This document shows, piece after piece, positions 31,169 through 42,298 of a stretch of 52,387 nucleotides of DNA; position 1 is the stretch's first letter, and every line of letters begins with the position of its first letter. The stretch lies in sequence record SRR20825019_994. One strand, 5' to 3'. Below the pieces are notes generated by a model. That model searched no databases, was not told where the DNA came from, and saw only the letters and a program-made list of their open reading frames with translations. Made by a program: the position numbers and the translations under genes.

Positions 31169-32114
31169 CGCCGGCCAACTCATCAAGCCCCAACTTCAGC
31201 ATCAACAGGCGGTCCAGGCCCAAGGCCACTCCGGAACAATCGGGCACCCCCGACTCCAGGGCCGCCATGAACGACTGGTCGATGGGCATCTCGGGCTTTC
31301 CCACTCTGCGGCGAGCCTGGTTGTCCGCCTCAAACCGACGCCTCTGCTCGTCGGGATCGGTCAGTTCCCAGTAGCCATTGCACAGCTCCACACCGCCCAC
31401 GTAGAGCTCGAAACGATGAGCCTGCCGCACCCCGGACCGTTCAGACACACGGGCCAGTGCAGCCTGGGACTCCGGATAACCGGTCACGAATACCGGCCCA
31501 ACGCCCGCCAGTGCCGGCTCCACCTGAGAGCTCATCAGCAGATCCAGATAATCGTCACGAGAGAGGCCATCCAGCTGGGATGGTTCCATCCATTGTTCGC
31601 AACGCTCTGACAACTCGTCATTACCGGCCAAAAACGGATCAATACCCGCGAACCGGACAAACGCATCGCGATAATCCATGGTGCGTGGCGGCTCACAACC
31701 CAGCCAGCCACAAACCAACTCGGAGACCTCTTCCATCAGATCGACATCCGTAAAACCGGGCCGGTACCATTCAAGCAGGGAAAACTCAGGGTTGTGTCGC
31801 CGCCCGAACTCACCGTCGCGAAACACCCGGGCGATCTGATAAATAGGGCCGGATCCAGCCGCCAGCATCCGTTTCATGTGATATTCCGGGGATGTCTGCA
31901 GCCACCCGCCCGCTGGGCGGACTCCGATCGAGGCGGGATTCGCGGAGATACTGTCAATATTGATATCAGTAACACCATGCCGGCCAAGCACGGGCGTCTC
32001 GACTTCCATCACATCACGTTGCGCAAAAAAGCCACGCACCCAGGCAAGCTGTTGTGCGCGGCTTTTAAGAGCCACCTGTGAAGCCGAGGGCCGCCACTGA
32101 AGGGAGTCAGTCAC
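31140..32114 (-). CDS. epmA: EF-P lysine aminoacylase (GenX/PoxA)
   Basis: LysRS-like catalytic domain without an anticodon-binding domain: LQTSPEYHMKRMLAAG, RHNPEF, ELCNGYWEL, GVALGLDRL. Confidence 0.96.
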   Translation of the reverse strand: MTDSLQWRPSASQVALKSRAQQLAWVRGFFAQRDVMEVETPVLGRHGVTDINIDSISANPASIGVRPAGGWLQTSPEYHMKRMLAAGSGPIYQIARVFRDGEFGRRHNPEFSLLEWYRPGFTDVDLMEEVSELVCGWLGCEPPRTMDYRDAFVRFAGIDPFLAGNDELSERCEQWMEPSQLDGLSRDDYLDLLMSSQVEPALAGVGPVFVTGYPESQAALARVSERSGVRQAHRFELYVGGVELCNGYWELTDPDEQRRRFEADNQARRRVGKPEMPIDQSFMAALESGVPDCSGVALGLDRLLMLKLGLDELAGVIAFPADRC

Positions 32115-32125
32115 CAGGGCTCCAA

Positions 32126-32701
32126 TCAGCTGTTTTTGACCCGGTTGACGTATTCACCGGAGCGAGTGTCCACCTTGAGCACTTCACCAATGGTGATAAA
32201 TAGTGGCACGTTGACAACGGCACCCGTGGAAAGCGTCGCCGGCTTGGAGCCACCCTGGGCGGTATCGCCTTTCATACCCGGATCCGTGTCCACCACTTCC
32301 AACTCGACAAAGTTGGGCGGGGAGACTGTCAGAGGCGCGCCGTTATAGAGCGTTACGGTATAAACATCCTGCTCTTTCAGCCATTTAAGCGAGTCACCAA
32401 CCGCCTTGGCATCCGCCGGAAACTGCTCGAAAGACCCGTCGGTTTTCATGAAGTGCCAGAATTCGCCATCGGTATACAGGTACTCCATTTCCAGATCGAT
32501 CACGTCAGCAGCTTCCAGACTCTCGCCGGATTTGAAAGTGCGTTCCCACTGCCGGTTGGTCATCAGGTTACGCAGTTTTACCCGGTTGAATGCCTGCCCT
32601 TTGCCGGGCTTTACGAATTCGTTCTCGAGAATGATGCAGGGGTCGCCGTCCAGCAAAACCTTAAGACCGCCACGGAATTCGTTGGTAGAATATGAAGCCA
32701 T
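32126..32701 (-). CDS. efp: Elongation factor P
   Basis: VKPGKGQAF loop (modifiable Lys), [21 protein letters not shown] at 32701. Confidence 0.98.
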   Translation of the reverse strand: MASYSTNEFRGGLKVLLDGDPCIILENEFVKPGKGQAFNRVKLRNLMTNRQWERTFKSGESLEAADVIDLEMEYLYTDGEFWHFMKTDGSFEQFPADAKAVGDSLKWLKEQDVYTVTLYNGAPLTVSPPNFVELEVVDTDPGMKGDTAQGGSKPATLSTGAVVNVPLFITIGEVLKVDTRSGEYVNRVKNS

Positions 32702-32746
32702 GAAATTATCACCTGAAACGATGCTTTTGGAAATTCGAAGCTGGCT

Positions 32747-33787
32747 ATGATACAGCGAACCGCCACCCGTATAGAAGCCCGCCCCGTCGATCACGCTGAT
32801 CACAGCTGGCAGCGACTGCTCTCGGAGTCCGTCACTACGCCGGATGCCCTCCTGCGCCGGCTTGACCTTGACCCGGCAGCTTGGCTCCATGGCGCGGACG
32901 AAGGCCACCGATTGTTCCCCATACGGGTACCCGAACCCTATCTGAATCGAATCACGAGGGGCGATCCCGACGACCCCCTGCTACGTCAGGTGCTGCCTTT
33001 ATCGTCCGAAGCAGACACCTATCCCGGGTTTGTCTCCGACCCACTTCAGGAAAGTGGCTCGATGCCAGCGACCGGGCTGATTCGCAAGTATGATAGCCGC
33101 GCCCTGTTAATGGTGACCGGGCAATGCGCCATCAACTGTCGCTACTGCTTCCGCCGCCACTTCCCCTACGAGGACCACCGACTGTCGCCGGAGGACCGGT
33201 CGCAGGCCCTCAAGGCCCTCTCCGACGATACTCGCATAAACGAAGTGATTTTCAGCGGGGGCGACCCGCTGGTGGCGAATGACCGGCTGCTGTCGGCCTG
33301 GGCGGAGGCACTGGCAGCCATCCCACACATCCGCAGGCTGAGAGTCCATACCCGACTGCCCGTCGTCATCCCCCAGAGGGTGTCTGATTCGCTGATCGCG
33401 TGGCTCTCGGGCTCACGCCTGCAGGCTGTCGTTGTCATCCACGTCAATCATCCCGCCGAACTGGATGCCGACACGCAACAGGCCCTCGGGCGACTGAAAG
33501 CCGCGGGCGTCACATTGCTGAACCAGAGCGTGATATTGAAAGGCGTGAACGACAACGCCAGAGTGTTGGCGGAACTCAGCGAGCGATTGTTCGAGTGCGG
33601 TGTACTGCCCTATTACCTCCATGCCTTCGACCCAGTGGCCGGCGCCCACCACTTCGAAGTTAGTGACGACAAGGCTCGGGACCTGGTACGGCAACTGATC
33701 ACAGTGCTGCCAGGTTTCCTGGTACCCAGGCTTGTCAGGGAGATTCCGGGCCAGCCTGGGAAAACACCATTGGACCTGTTTGCGTGA
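32747..33787 (+). CDS. epmB: EF-P beta-lysylation protein (lysine 2,3-aminomutase)
   Basis: [15 protein letters not shown] radical SAM motif, SGGDPL, LLNQSV, PYYLH; divergent from efp. Confidence 0.96.
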   Translation: MIQRTATRIEARPVDHADHSWQRLLSESVTTPDALLRRLDLDPAAWLHGADEGHRLFPIRVPEPYLNRITRGDPDDPLLRQVLPLSSEADTYPGFVSDPLQESGSMPATGLIRKYDSRALLMVTGQCAINCRYCFRRHFPYEDHRLSPEDRSQALKALSDDTRINEVIFSGGDPLVANDRLLSAWAEALAAIPHIRRLRVHTRLPVVIPQRVSDSLIAWLSGSRLQAVVVIHVNHPAELDADTQQALGRLKAAGVTLLNQSVILKGVNDNARVLAELSERLFECGVLPYYLHAFDPVAGAHHFEVSDDKARDLVRQLITVLPGFLVPRLVREIPGQPGKTPLDLFA

Positions 33788-34013
33788 CCCATTTGGCAAT
33801 GTTGGCCCAATTTTACTTGTTAAACATTGTCAACTCGTGCTTTTCTCGCTTTTTGTTGTGCGTTTGCTATTTTACAGTGCAGAAAGCGATAACAATAAAA
33901 ACCGATATTCGCGGCGTTTTCCGATTAAAACACGCAGGCGTTACCAAGATACGCCTGTAGTTCGTGGTGCAACCCGGAGTACCTACCGTGGTCCAGACAA
34001 TTGGCGTGATAGC

Positions 34014-35816
34014 ATGGAAGGCATGATTCTGAAGCCCGATCTCCGCGTTCCTGAACAGAAGACGGCAAGTCTCTCTTTTTGCCAGACTTCCCCCAAAGCC
34101 TTCAGGGACTGGGTAAACCAGTTACCAATGGCGAATATTGGGGAAGCTTCCCGGCAGCTCTATCACGCCATCATTGAACTCAATCATCTGTTTATCGCGC
34201 CTCAGCAGCGGCTGCAACTGCTGGAACTGATTCGCCCGAAGATTCACTTCGTCTGCTCCGAACTGTCTCGCCACTACCTTGGCTTGGCCGTTGCCCTACC
34301 GGAAAAACAGCGCAAGGTTGCCAATCTGTCCCAAGCCCTGCAGCTCCATGCCGCCAGCGGCTACAAACTGTGTGTGCTTGAGTTCCTGGACAACGGCGGC
34401 CTGGACAAAAATCGCAAGGCGGTCTCGACAGCGATTCACCGCGCCATCTCAGAGTTGGCGGCTACGATCGTAAGGGCCCATCAACTGTATTGCCCAAGCC
34501 CTGCGCAAAGTTGGCTGGAATGTCATCGACTTTTCCGATTCGCCCATCGCAACAAGATTCAGGGGCTGTCCGTCGACGACGATACTCTGACCCATCGCCG
34601 TGGAAGCTCCGTGGAAGACTGCTACAAGCGCATCCTGCTGCTAGGCTGCGCCCGCCCCAATCAACTCCGGCAAGGCGAGTTGGCGCAGGTTTACGAGCTG
34701 TTCGAGAACTGGACCCACCTGGTTTCCTGCGGGCCCGAAACCGATAACGACAGCCTGTTCGTGGTAAACATGGAGCGGGACACCTCGCCGGTCTACCGCA
34801 GCCTGCTGGAACAAAAGCCGGGTAACGACTGCTACAACTTCGACACTCGGGAATTATCAGAACAGATCACGGACGCCTTGCACGCCCGCAACAAACGGGA
34901 TGGTGGGTCCAGCGAACTTGAGCTGCCCTCCCGCATTGGCGACACACTTCTGACTCACCTGAGCCAGGCGCTCGGCATCCTTGCCAAGCGCAACTTCAAT
35001 CGCATTGCCAGTCAGGGTACGCTCGAGATATGCGTAGGCCTGACCGCAACCCATTATTACGTGGCCGGCGAAAAAACGTTCAACGAATTTGTCAGCGGCA
35101 ACGGCAACCAGAACGGCGACGACAACATGTTCCTGCGCTCGTCCCGGCAGAAACAGGATGCCTGGGCCGGCGCCCATGACGCCGGGCCCAACGACGAGCC
35201 ATTGCAATCGGCAGATACGCCAATCAACTTCCGTAACAGTATTGGCGCCACACCAGACAGTGAAAGTGATCGAAGAAAACCCAAGCGCCACCATGCACTG
35301 CTGGTGAACACCAGTCCCGGCGGATACTGCGCCGCGTGGGAGACCAACGTCCCCTCCTCCCTTCAGGCGGGCGAGGTTCTCGGCGTCCGCGAGCAGTCAA
35401 ACCACCCCTGGAGCGTAGCGGTTGTGCGCTGGATAAGACAGGTTCGCAACCAGGGCACACAGGTTGGCATTGAGCTTTTGGCCCCCAGTGCGGCGCCATG
35501 CGGCGTAAGACTGATTCAGAAAATTGGCAACAGCAGCGAGTACCTGCGCGGCCTCTTGCTACCGGAAATCAGCGTCGTTAACCAGGCAGCAACCCTAATC
35601 ACACCGCGACTTCCGTTCCAGTCCGGCAGCCGGATTTCATTGCTTCATGACGGTCGGGAAGATCAGGGCACACTGTCCCGCAAGATTTCAGCGACCGGCA
35701 GTGTCAGTCAGTTTGAACTCAAGCTTCAGAGCGCCAGTGTAACGCCAGCCGGCGACAATCCGCCGGAGGCAGGCACCAGTGAAGACGAGTTCGACTCGCT
35801 ATGGCCCTCGCTATAG
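34014..35816 (+). CDS. FimW-like c-di-GMP receptor (PilZ-like)
   Basis: LPMANIGEASRQLY N-terminus, RxxxR (RNFNR) and NxSxxG (NTSPGG) motifs, GVELL-like segment; sits upstream of the FimX-like gene as in P. aeruginosa PA4958. Confidence 0.78.
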   Translation: MEGMILKPDLRVPEQKTASLSFCQTSPKAFRDWVNQLPMANIGEASRQLYHAIIELNHLFIAPQQRLQLLELIRPKIHFVCSELSRHYLGLAVALPEKQRKVANLSQALQLHAASGYKLCVLEFLDNGGLDKNRKAVSTAIHRAISELAATIVRAHQLYCPSPAQSWLECHRLFRFAHRNKIQGLSVDDDTLTHRRGSSVEDCYKRILLLGCARPNQLRQGELAQVYELFENWTHLVSCGPETDNDSLFVVNMERDTSPVYRSLLEQKPGNDCYNFDTRELSEQITDALHARNKRDGGSSELELPSRIGDTLLTHLSQALGILAKRNFNRIASQGTLEICVGLTATHYYVAGEKTFNEFVSGNGNQNGDDNMFLRSSRQKQDAWAGAHDAGPNDEPLQSADTPINFRNSIGATPDSESDRRKPKRHHALLVNTSPGGYCAAWETNVPSSLQAGEVLGVREQSNHPWSVAVVRWIRQVRNQGTQVGIELLAPSAAPCGVRLIQKIGNSSEYLRGLLLPEISVVNQAATLITPRLPFQSGSRISLLHDGREDQGTLSRKISATGSVSQFELKLQSASVTPAGDNPPEAGTSEDEFDSLWPSL

Positions 35817-35975
35817 CGCACCGTTACTGTGAACGGACGCTTATGAACCCGCCCGAAGGGTTGTTATTAACCGGTAACCCCTGCATCATTCAGCGTTAGT
35901 GAAAGCCGGCCCCGTGCTCTGAGTTCTACGACAGGTGTCGGCACAGCCAACGTGTATCACGAGACATCTGACGAA

Positions 35976-38063
35976 ATGCAGAAAAAGAACGCAACCGTAC
36001 ACCTGCTCATCCTTGATCCGTCCCAGAACGACGCCGAGACCCTGGTCAGCCTGCTCCGAAACTCGGGCAAAGCCACGCGAGCCCATCGCATCACGTCCGA
36101 GGAAGACCTTGAAGAAACCCTGAAAACGGGTAACTGGGACCTGCTTTTAGCGCGCGACGATGTTGAACAGGAGTTCGGCGCGGATGGCGCCCTGGCGATG
36201 ATTCGGCGCTTGGACAAGGACATTCCGTTCGTTCTCCTGACCGGCGAATTCAATCGCGAGCGCACAGTCTCCATTATGAAAGCCGGTGGACAGGACACGG
36301 TTCCGTTCGAGAACACGGATCAGTTGGTGCTGGTGGTTAACCGGGAGCTGAGCGCCCTGGAGGATCGGCGGCGTCGCAGGACTCTCGAATCCCACCTACG
36401 GGAATCTGAACAACGCTGCCAGCTTCTGCTGGAAAGTTCCAAGGACGCCATTGCTTACATTAACGATGGCATGCACATCTACGCCAACCAATCGTACATG
36501 GAGTTCCTGGGCTACGACGACATCGACGACCTGATCTGCATCCCTGTGCTCGACACCCTGACACCGGAAAGCCAGGAAAAATACAAGGAGTTCATGAAAT
36601 CCTTCGCCGATAGTGGTGAGGATGGCATGACCATGAACTGCGTCGCCCGCCGCAGTGACGACCAGGAACTCAGCGTCACCATGTCGGTATCCGCAGCGAC
36701 GTATGATGGTGAGACCTGCACCCAGATCGTGATCCAGCCAGAGCACAGCGACGCGGAGCTGGAAGAGAAGATTCGTCAGATCAGCAGCCAGGACCTGCTA
36801 ACCGGCCTGTTCAACCGTCAATACCTGATGGATGCCTTGGGCCAAACGATTGCGACGGCTGGCAAGGACAACAAGACTGGTGCACTGGCCTATATCGCCC
36901 TGGACAACTTCATGAGCCTGAAAGGCCAGGTGGGCATTGCCGGCGCCGACCTGATGCTTGGCGACCTGGCTACCCTGCTGAAGGAGCAGGCGCCTGAGAA
37001 TATGGTCCTCGCCCGCCTCAGCGACGACGCCTTCTGCCTGCTGTGCCAACCGTGCGAAGAGAAAATCATGGCGGAGCAATGTGAAGCCATTCGCAAGAAG
37101 GTCGAAGACCATCTGTTCGACATCAACGGCCGCACGGTACAACTGACTCTCAGCATCGGCGTTGCCGCGATTACCGAGAATGCACCCAAGGCACCGGACC
37201 TGATGGGCCGGGCCCACACCGCCTCATCGGAGCTGAAGAAAAAGCCGGGCCATGAGCAGGGCAACGGCGTTCTGGTGTACAACCCGGCAGATTACGAGGC
37301 CATGGATGAAAGCAACTCGGTCGATGCCATCCAGAAAGCCCTGGATGACAATCGCTTCAAGCTGCTTTTCCAACCCATTATCAATCTACGCGGCGAGGGT
37401 GAAGAACACTACGAGGCCTTCGTCAGGATGTTGAACAAGGACAACGAGGAAGTCTCACCGTACGACTTCCTGCCGCCCGTTGGCCCCTCGGAGATGGCTA
37501 TCAAGATTGACCGCTGGGTGATTCTGCAGACCATCAAGCAGCTTTCCAGCCATCGATCGCGCGGGCACGATACCCGCCTGTTCCTGAACGTGACGGCAGA
37601 GACCCTGGAAGACAAAACCTTTACCCCCTGGCTGAGTGTGGCCCTGAAGGCGGCTCGCCTGCCGGGCGACTCACTGATCTTCCAGATACGCGAAGGTGAT
37701 GCCAACAACTACATGAAACAGGCCAAAGAGTTTGCCAAGGCGGTTCACGAGCTGCACTGCAAGGTCTCGATCTGCCAGTTCGGGTGCGCCCTGAATCCGT
37801 TCAACACCCTGAAGCATATCGACGTGGATTACGTGAAGATCGACGGTTCCTTTACTGAAGAACTTCAGAAGAAGGACGACGCCAAGGAAGAGGTCAAGGA
37901 AATGGTCAAGAGCCTGCAGAGTGCAGGCAAGCTGACCATCGTGCCTCTGGTCGAGAACGCCAGCGTGCTTGCAACCCTGTGGCAGGCTGGGGTGAACTAC
38001 ATCCAGGGTTATTATCTGCAGGCCCCGGTTCCGGAGATGAACTACGACTTCGGTGACCACTGA
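35976..38063 (+). CDS. fimX: FimX-like REC-PAS-GGDEF-EAL protein with degenerate catalytic sites
   Basis: Domain order as in FimX; DLLTGLFNR; GGDEF position reads SDDAF, EAL reads EAF, loop 6 reads CQFGC; convergent with serB as in PA4959/PA4960. Confidence 0.82.
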   Translation: MQKKNATVHLLILDPSQNDAETLVSLLRNSGKATRAHRITSEEDLEETLKTGNWDLLLARDDVEQEFGADGALAMIRRLDKDIPFVLLTGEFNRERTVSIMKAGGQDTVPFENTDQLVLVVNRELSALEDRRRRRTLESHLRESEQRCQLLLESSKDAIAYINDGMHIYANQSYMEFLGYDDIDDLICIPVLDTLTPESQEKYKEFMKSFADSGEDGMTMNCVARRSDDQELSVTMSVSAATYDGETCTQIVIQPEHSDAELEEKIRQISSQDLLTGLFNRQYLMDALGQTIATAGKDNKTGALAYIALDNFMSLKGQVGIAGADLMLGDLATLLKEQAPENMVLARLSDDAFCLLCQPCEEKIMAEQCEAIRKKVEDHLFDINGRTVQLTLSIGVAAITENAPKAPDLMGRAHTASSELKKKPGHEQGNGVLVYNPADYEAMDESNSVDAIQKALDDNRFKLLFQPIINLRGEGEEHYEAFVRMLNKDNEEVSPYDFLPPVGPSEMAIKIDRWVILQTIKQLSSHRSRGHDTRLFLNVTAETLEDKTFTPWLSVALKAARLPGDSLIFQIREGDANNYMKQAKEFAKAVHELHCKVSICQFGCALNPFNTLKHIDVDYVKIDGSFTEELQKKDDAKEEVKEMVKSLQSAGKLTIVPLVENASVLATLWQAGVNYIQGYYLQAPVPEMNYDFGDH

Positions 38064-38068
38064 AGAAT

Positions 38069-38097
38069 CGCGCGGCATAGCCCTCCCATGCCGCGCG
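38069..38097. terminator. GC-rich hairpin between convergent fimX and serB
   Basis: CGCGCGGCAT-N9-ATGCCGCGCG; only weak T tracts. Confidence 0.5.
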
Positions 38098-38102
38098 TTC
38101 TA

Positions 38103-39326
38103 CTACCTTTCCCGGGCCTGCAGACTGTCGCTTTCCCTGAACCCGATCAGGTAGAGGATCGCATCCAGCCCCAGCGTCGAAATCGAATGCCGTGCGGATT
38201 CCTTGACCAGGGGCTTGGCCCGAAAAGCCACCCCGAGCCCCGCCTGGCTTAGCATGGGCAGATCATTGGCACCATCACCCACCGCAATGACCTGTTCCCG
38301 TGAAATATGCTCGCGTTCCGCAATTTCCTGAAGCAGTTCCGCCTTGCGCTTGCCATCAACAATCTGGCCCGACACCTTGCCCGTCACCTTGCCGTTTTCA
38401 ATTTCCAGCTCGTTGGCGTACACATAGTCAATCCCGAGTTTTTTCTGCAGATGGCGAGCAAAGTAGGTGAAGCCACCAGACAGTATCGCCGTACGGTAGC
38501 CCAGGGATTTCAGGCTCAGTATCAGGTGTTCCGCACCTTCGGTTAGATTCAGGCGGGCGGCGATGCCCTCAAGCACGGATTCATCCAACCCCTTGAGCAG
38601 CGCCAGACGCTCTGCAAAGCTCTGCCCGAAATCCAGCTCACCCTGCATAGCTCGCTCGGTGATCTCCGCCACCTGCGCCCCAACGCCGGCTTCCAAAGCC
38701 AGTTCGTCGATCACTTCGGCGTCGATCAGGGTGGAATCCATATCGAACACGACAAGCCGTCGATTACGGCGGAAGATGGAGTCCTCCTGGAAGGCAATAT
38801 CCACGTTCATCTCTCCGGCGATATGCAGGAAGTCGGAGCGCAGCTGTTCGAGATCAGATGGTGTGCCACGGACAGAAAATTCCACACAGGCAATGCGGTT
38901 CTCGGAGGAATTCAGCGACGGGCGGGCAGAAAGCCGGCTGATGTTATCGATGTTCAGGCCATGGCGGGCGGTAATCGCAGACACCCGCGCAATTTGCTCA
39001 GCCTTGATATCCCGCGACAGCAGCGTGACGATGTAACAGGCGCGGTTACGTCCCTCCGCCCATTGCTGATACTCCTCGATCGTAATCGGCGCAAAACGCA
39101 CCTGCAGATCCAGCGCATGCAGTCGGAACAGGAGGTCGCGAATCACCGGTGAGGATTTGGACTCATCGGGGATCTCGATCAGGATACCCCAGGTCAGGTG
39201 GTCGTGGATCACCGCCTGGCCGATATCCAGAATACGCACATCGTACTGCCCCATGATGCCGGTTATCTCCGACGTCAGGCCCGGCTTGTCGCGCCCCGAA
39301 ACGTTAATCAGAACCAGTTCACTCAC
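38103..39326 (-). CDS. serB: Phosphoserine phosphatase with N-terminal ACT domains
   Basis: [11 protein letters not shown] motif, SGGF, GDGANDL. GTG start overlapping the parC stop. Confidence 0.96.
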   Translation of the reverse strand: MSELVLINVSGRDKPGLTSEITGIMGQYDVRILDIGQAVIHDHLTWGILIEIPDESKSSPVIRDLLFRLHALDLQVRFAPITIEEYQQWAEGRNRACYIVTLLSRDIKAEQIARVSAITARHGLNIDNISRLSARPSLNSSENRIACVEFSVRGTPSDLEQLRSDFLHIAGEMNVDIAFQEDSIFRRNRRLVVFDMDSTLIDAEVIDELALEAGVGAQVAEITERAMQGELDFGQSFAERLALLKGLDESVLEGIAARLNLTEGAEHLILSLKSLGYRTAILSGGFTYFARHLQKKLGIDYVYANELEIENGKVTGKVSGQIVDGKRKAELLQEIAEREHISREQVIAVGDGANDLPMLSQAGLGVAFRAKPLVKESARHSISTLGLDAILYLIGFRESDSLQARER

Positions 39327-41643
39327 TGTCAGGCTGCTCCTCTGCATTGGCAACGCTGTCTGCATCGGAAACGCCTGCCGCATTGCTGGCTGACTGAATC
39401 ACATCTATCGCATCCACTCTCTGAAGCCCGCGAGGCAGTTTATGGCCACGGCGGCCACGCTCGCCCAGGTAGTGCTCCAGATCGCTGAACTGAAGCCCCA
39501 TCTTGCGCTTGCCGGCACGAATCTCCAATTGGTCGTCCTCAGCGAAAACGGCAACAGCCACCACATACTCTTCCCGGTTCTGAACCCGCGCCGAGGGAAT
39601 GCTGATGATCTTGTTACCCTTGCCTTTGGCCAGCTCCGGCAGCTCGCTCAGCGGGAACACCAGCATCCGTCCTTCATTGGAAATGGCGCCCAGATAAAGC
39701 GGCTTGTCCGAGCCGGGCACCACCACCGGCGACATAATCTTCGCCCCTTTCGGTACCGACACCACGGCCTTGCCGTTGCGGTTTTTGCTGATCATGTCAT
39801 TGAGGGAGGTCACGAATCCGTAACCGCCATCGGTAACCAACAACACCTTCCGCGCTGGATCGCCCATCAGCAACCCAGAGAACGTTGCTCCCGACGGCGG
39901 ATTGATACGGCCACTCAGAGGCTCGCCCTGCCCCCGCGCAGATGGAAACGTATGGGCGACCAGGGAGTAAGCCCGCCCCGTGGAGTCCAGGAATACCGCC
40001 TGCTGGTTATTACGCCCCTTGGCAGCCATGGCAAAACTGTCACCCGCCTTGTAGCTGAGCCCTTCCGGCTCAATATCATGGCCCTTGGCAGCACGGACCC
40101 AGCCCTTCTCCGACAACACGACTGTGACCGGATCGTTGGAAACCAATTCGGTTTCGCTGAAGGCCCTGGCTTCCCGGCGCTCGACAATGGGTGAACGACG
40201 ATCATCCCCATAGGTTTCCGCATCCGCCAGCAATTCGTCCTTGATCAGCTCCCGCAGGCGGTCCTCGGAGCCAAGAATCGCCTGCAGCTCATCCCGCTCA
40301 GCCGACAGCTCGTCCTGCTCGCCACGGATTTTCATTTCCTCAAGCTTGGCCAGGTGACGCAACTTCAACTCAAGAATGGCTTCAGCCTGCTCTCCGGACA
40401 GCCCGAAGCGGGACATCAACTCTGCTTTGGGTTTATCTTCGTAGCGGATAATCGCGATAACTTCATCGATGTTCAGATAGGCCACCAACAGGCCTTCAAG
40501 AATATGCAGACGCGCCAGGACCTTATCCAACCTGTGCTGCAGGCGCCGGGTGACGGTGGTGCGACGGAAGCTGAGCCACTCCGTCAGCATTTCGCGCAGG
40601 CCCTTCACGCCCGGGCGGCCGTCATTGCCGATGACGTTGATATTCACCCGATAGGTTTTCTCCAGATCCGTGCTGGCAAACAGGTGGGCCATCAGCCCTT
40701 CTTGATCCACACGATTGGAGCGTGGAACGATCACCAGCCGGGTCGGGTTCTCATGGTCGGATTCGTCGCGCAGGTCCGCGACCATGGGCAGCTTTTTGGT
40801 CTGCATCTGCTGGGCGATCTGCTCCAGCACCCGGTTCCCGGAGACCTGATGAGGCAGGTCGGTCACCACGATTTCCCCGCTCTCATTAATCCAGCGCGCC
40901 CGCATTCTTAGCGAGCCCCGGCCGGTCTCGTACATCTGGCGAATATCCTTGCGAGGCGTAATGATCTCCGCGTAGGTGGGAAAGTCTGGCCCCTGGACAT
41001 GCTCACACAGGTCATCGGTGGTGGCCTCCGGCTGGTCAAGCAGCCTTACACAGGCCGCTGCCACCTCCCGGACATTGTGCGGCGGGATGTCCGTTGCCAT
41101 ACCCACGGCAATACCGGTGGTGCCGTTCAAAAGTACGTGAGGCAGCCTCGCGGGCAATACTGAAGGCTCGTCCATGGTGCCATCAAAGTTTGGCACCCAG
41201 TCCACTGTGCCCTGCCCCAGCTCGCTGAGAAGGACATCCGCGAATTTCGCAAGACGGGATTCTGTATAACGCATGGCCGCGAAAGATTTGGGGTCGTCAG
41301 GCGCGCCCCAGTTGCCCTGGCCATCCACCAGTGGGTAGCGATAGGAAAACGGCTGAGCCATCAACACCATGGCTTCGTAGCAGGCACTGTCGCCATGGGG
41401 ATGAAATTTACCCAGGACATCGCCCACCGTACGGGCAGACTTCTTATACTTTGAGGTGGATTTCAAACCAAGCTCGGACATGGCGTAGATAATACGCCGC
41501 TGCACCGGCTTCAGTCCGTCTCCGACGTTGGGCAACGCCCTGTCCAGAATGACGTACATGGAGTAGTCGAGGTAGGCCTTTTCGGTGTAGTCCCGCAATG
41601 AAACCCGCTCAAAGCCTTCATCCGTGGTCTGAAACTCTGGCAT
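39319..41643 (-). CDS. parC: DNA topoisomerase IV subunit A
   Basis: [46 protein letters not shown] (catalytic Tyr). Confidence 0.98.
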   Translation of the reverse strand: MPEFQTTDEGFERVSLRDYTEKAYLDYSMYVILDRALPNVGDGLKPVQRRIIYAMSELGLKSTSKYKKSARTVGDVLGKFHPHGDSACYEAMVLMAQPFSYRYPLVDGQGNWGAPDDPKSFAAMRYTESRLAKFADVLLSELGQGTVDWVPNFDGTMDEPSVLPARLPHVLLNGTTGIAVGMATDIPPHNVREVAAACVRLLDQPEATTDDLCEHVQGPDFPTYAEIITPRKDIRQMYETGRGSLRMRARWINESGEIVVTDLPHQVSGNRVLEQIAQQMQTKKLPMVADLRDESDHENPTRLVIVPRSNRVDQEGLMAHLFASTDLEKTYRVNINVIGNDGRPGVKGLREMLTEWLSFRRTTVTRRLQHRLDKVLARLHILEGLLVAYLNIDEVIAIIRYEDKPKAELMSRFGLSGEQAEAILELKLRHLAKLEEMKIRGEQDELSAERDELQAILGSEDRLRELIKDELLADAETYGDDRRSPIVERREARAFSETELVSNDPVTVVLSEKGWVRAAKGHDIEPEGLSYKAGDSFAMAAKGRNNQQAVFLDSTGRAYSLVAHTFPSARGQGEPLSGRINPPSGATFSGLLMGDPARKVLLVTDGGYGFVTSLNDMISKNRNGKAVVSVPKGAKIMSPVVVPGSDKPLYLGAISNEGRMLVFPLSELPELAKGKGNKIISIPSARVQNREEYVVAVAVFAEDDQLEIRAGKRKMGLQFSDLEHYLGERGRRGHKLPRGLQRVDAIDVIQSASNAAGVSDADSVANAEEQPDSE

Positions 41644-41853
41644 GGATGCCCCTTTGTTATTGCCTGATATGAATTCCGCTGGTTATCCCGGCCTAAGCCG
41701 GGACTGCACATTATATGGAGGCGGGGACGGATACACCAACACCCCGTGGATTTTCCAATAGCGGAATTCCCGCATGGAGAGAGTGTAACCCTCACCGTAT
41801 GCTCGCCATCAGTAAACGATGATCCGTTTCACGACATCCACGAGTGGAGAACT

Positions 41854-42093
41854 ATGAGACCCAACCTGAAAGCCTGTGGGCAGGCGCTGATTACGGCCAT
41901 GGTGAACGCTGTTCTTGCTCTTACCCTGATGCTCTTGGTGGAGTTTGCCATAACCGGCACTTTCCAACTGGCGGGCCCTTACCTGTGGGCGGGGTTGCTC
42001 ATCGGACTGGTTATTTTCTTCGCCCAGTTCTGGCGCCAGCGCCATCTCTGCCGGAACGGACAATCGGCCCAGGAGTCCCCGGATACGCTTTAG
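41854..42093 (+). CDS. Small hypothetical protein with two TM segments
   Basis: SD GGAG before the ATG at 41854; 79 aa with two hydrophobic segments. Confidence 0.6.
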   Translation: MRPNLKACGQALITAMVNAVLALTLMLLVEFAITGTFQLAGPYLWAGLLIGLVIFFAQFWRQRHLCRNGQSAQESPDTL

Positions 42094-42298
42094 CAGGCAT
42101 TCCTGCCAATCACTGTCCACAGTAATCCTGACAATGAATCCCGAGACCTGTGAAGACCCCAAGGGTAGCGCCGTTGGTGCTCTGGGGAGATGAGTACGGA
42201 GATTGGAAGCCTGTGAGGCACCAGAGTTTCGGAAACTTCAGATAGGGAAACGATCCCCACCCCCAATCAACGCCAGAGGTGAGGCCGCTAAATAACCT

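Noticed and set aside
32702..32908. Apparent N-terminal extension of EF-P overlapping epmB
   Set aside because: The canonical EF-P start (MASYSTNEF) is at 32701; the extension is a longest-ORF artefact
33732..34013. Extended N-terminus of the FimW-like ORF
   Set aside because: It runs through the epmB 3' end and an AT-rich regulatory spacer; the ATG at 34014 is more plausible
39442..40194. 250-aa plus-strand ORF
   Set aside because: Antisense shadow of parC
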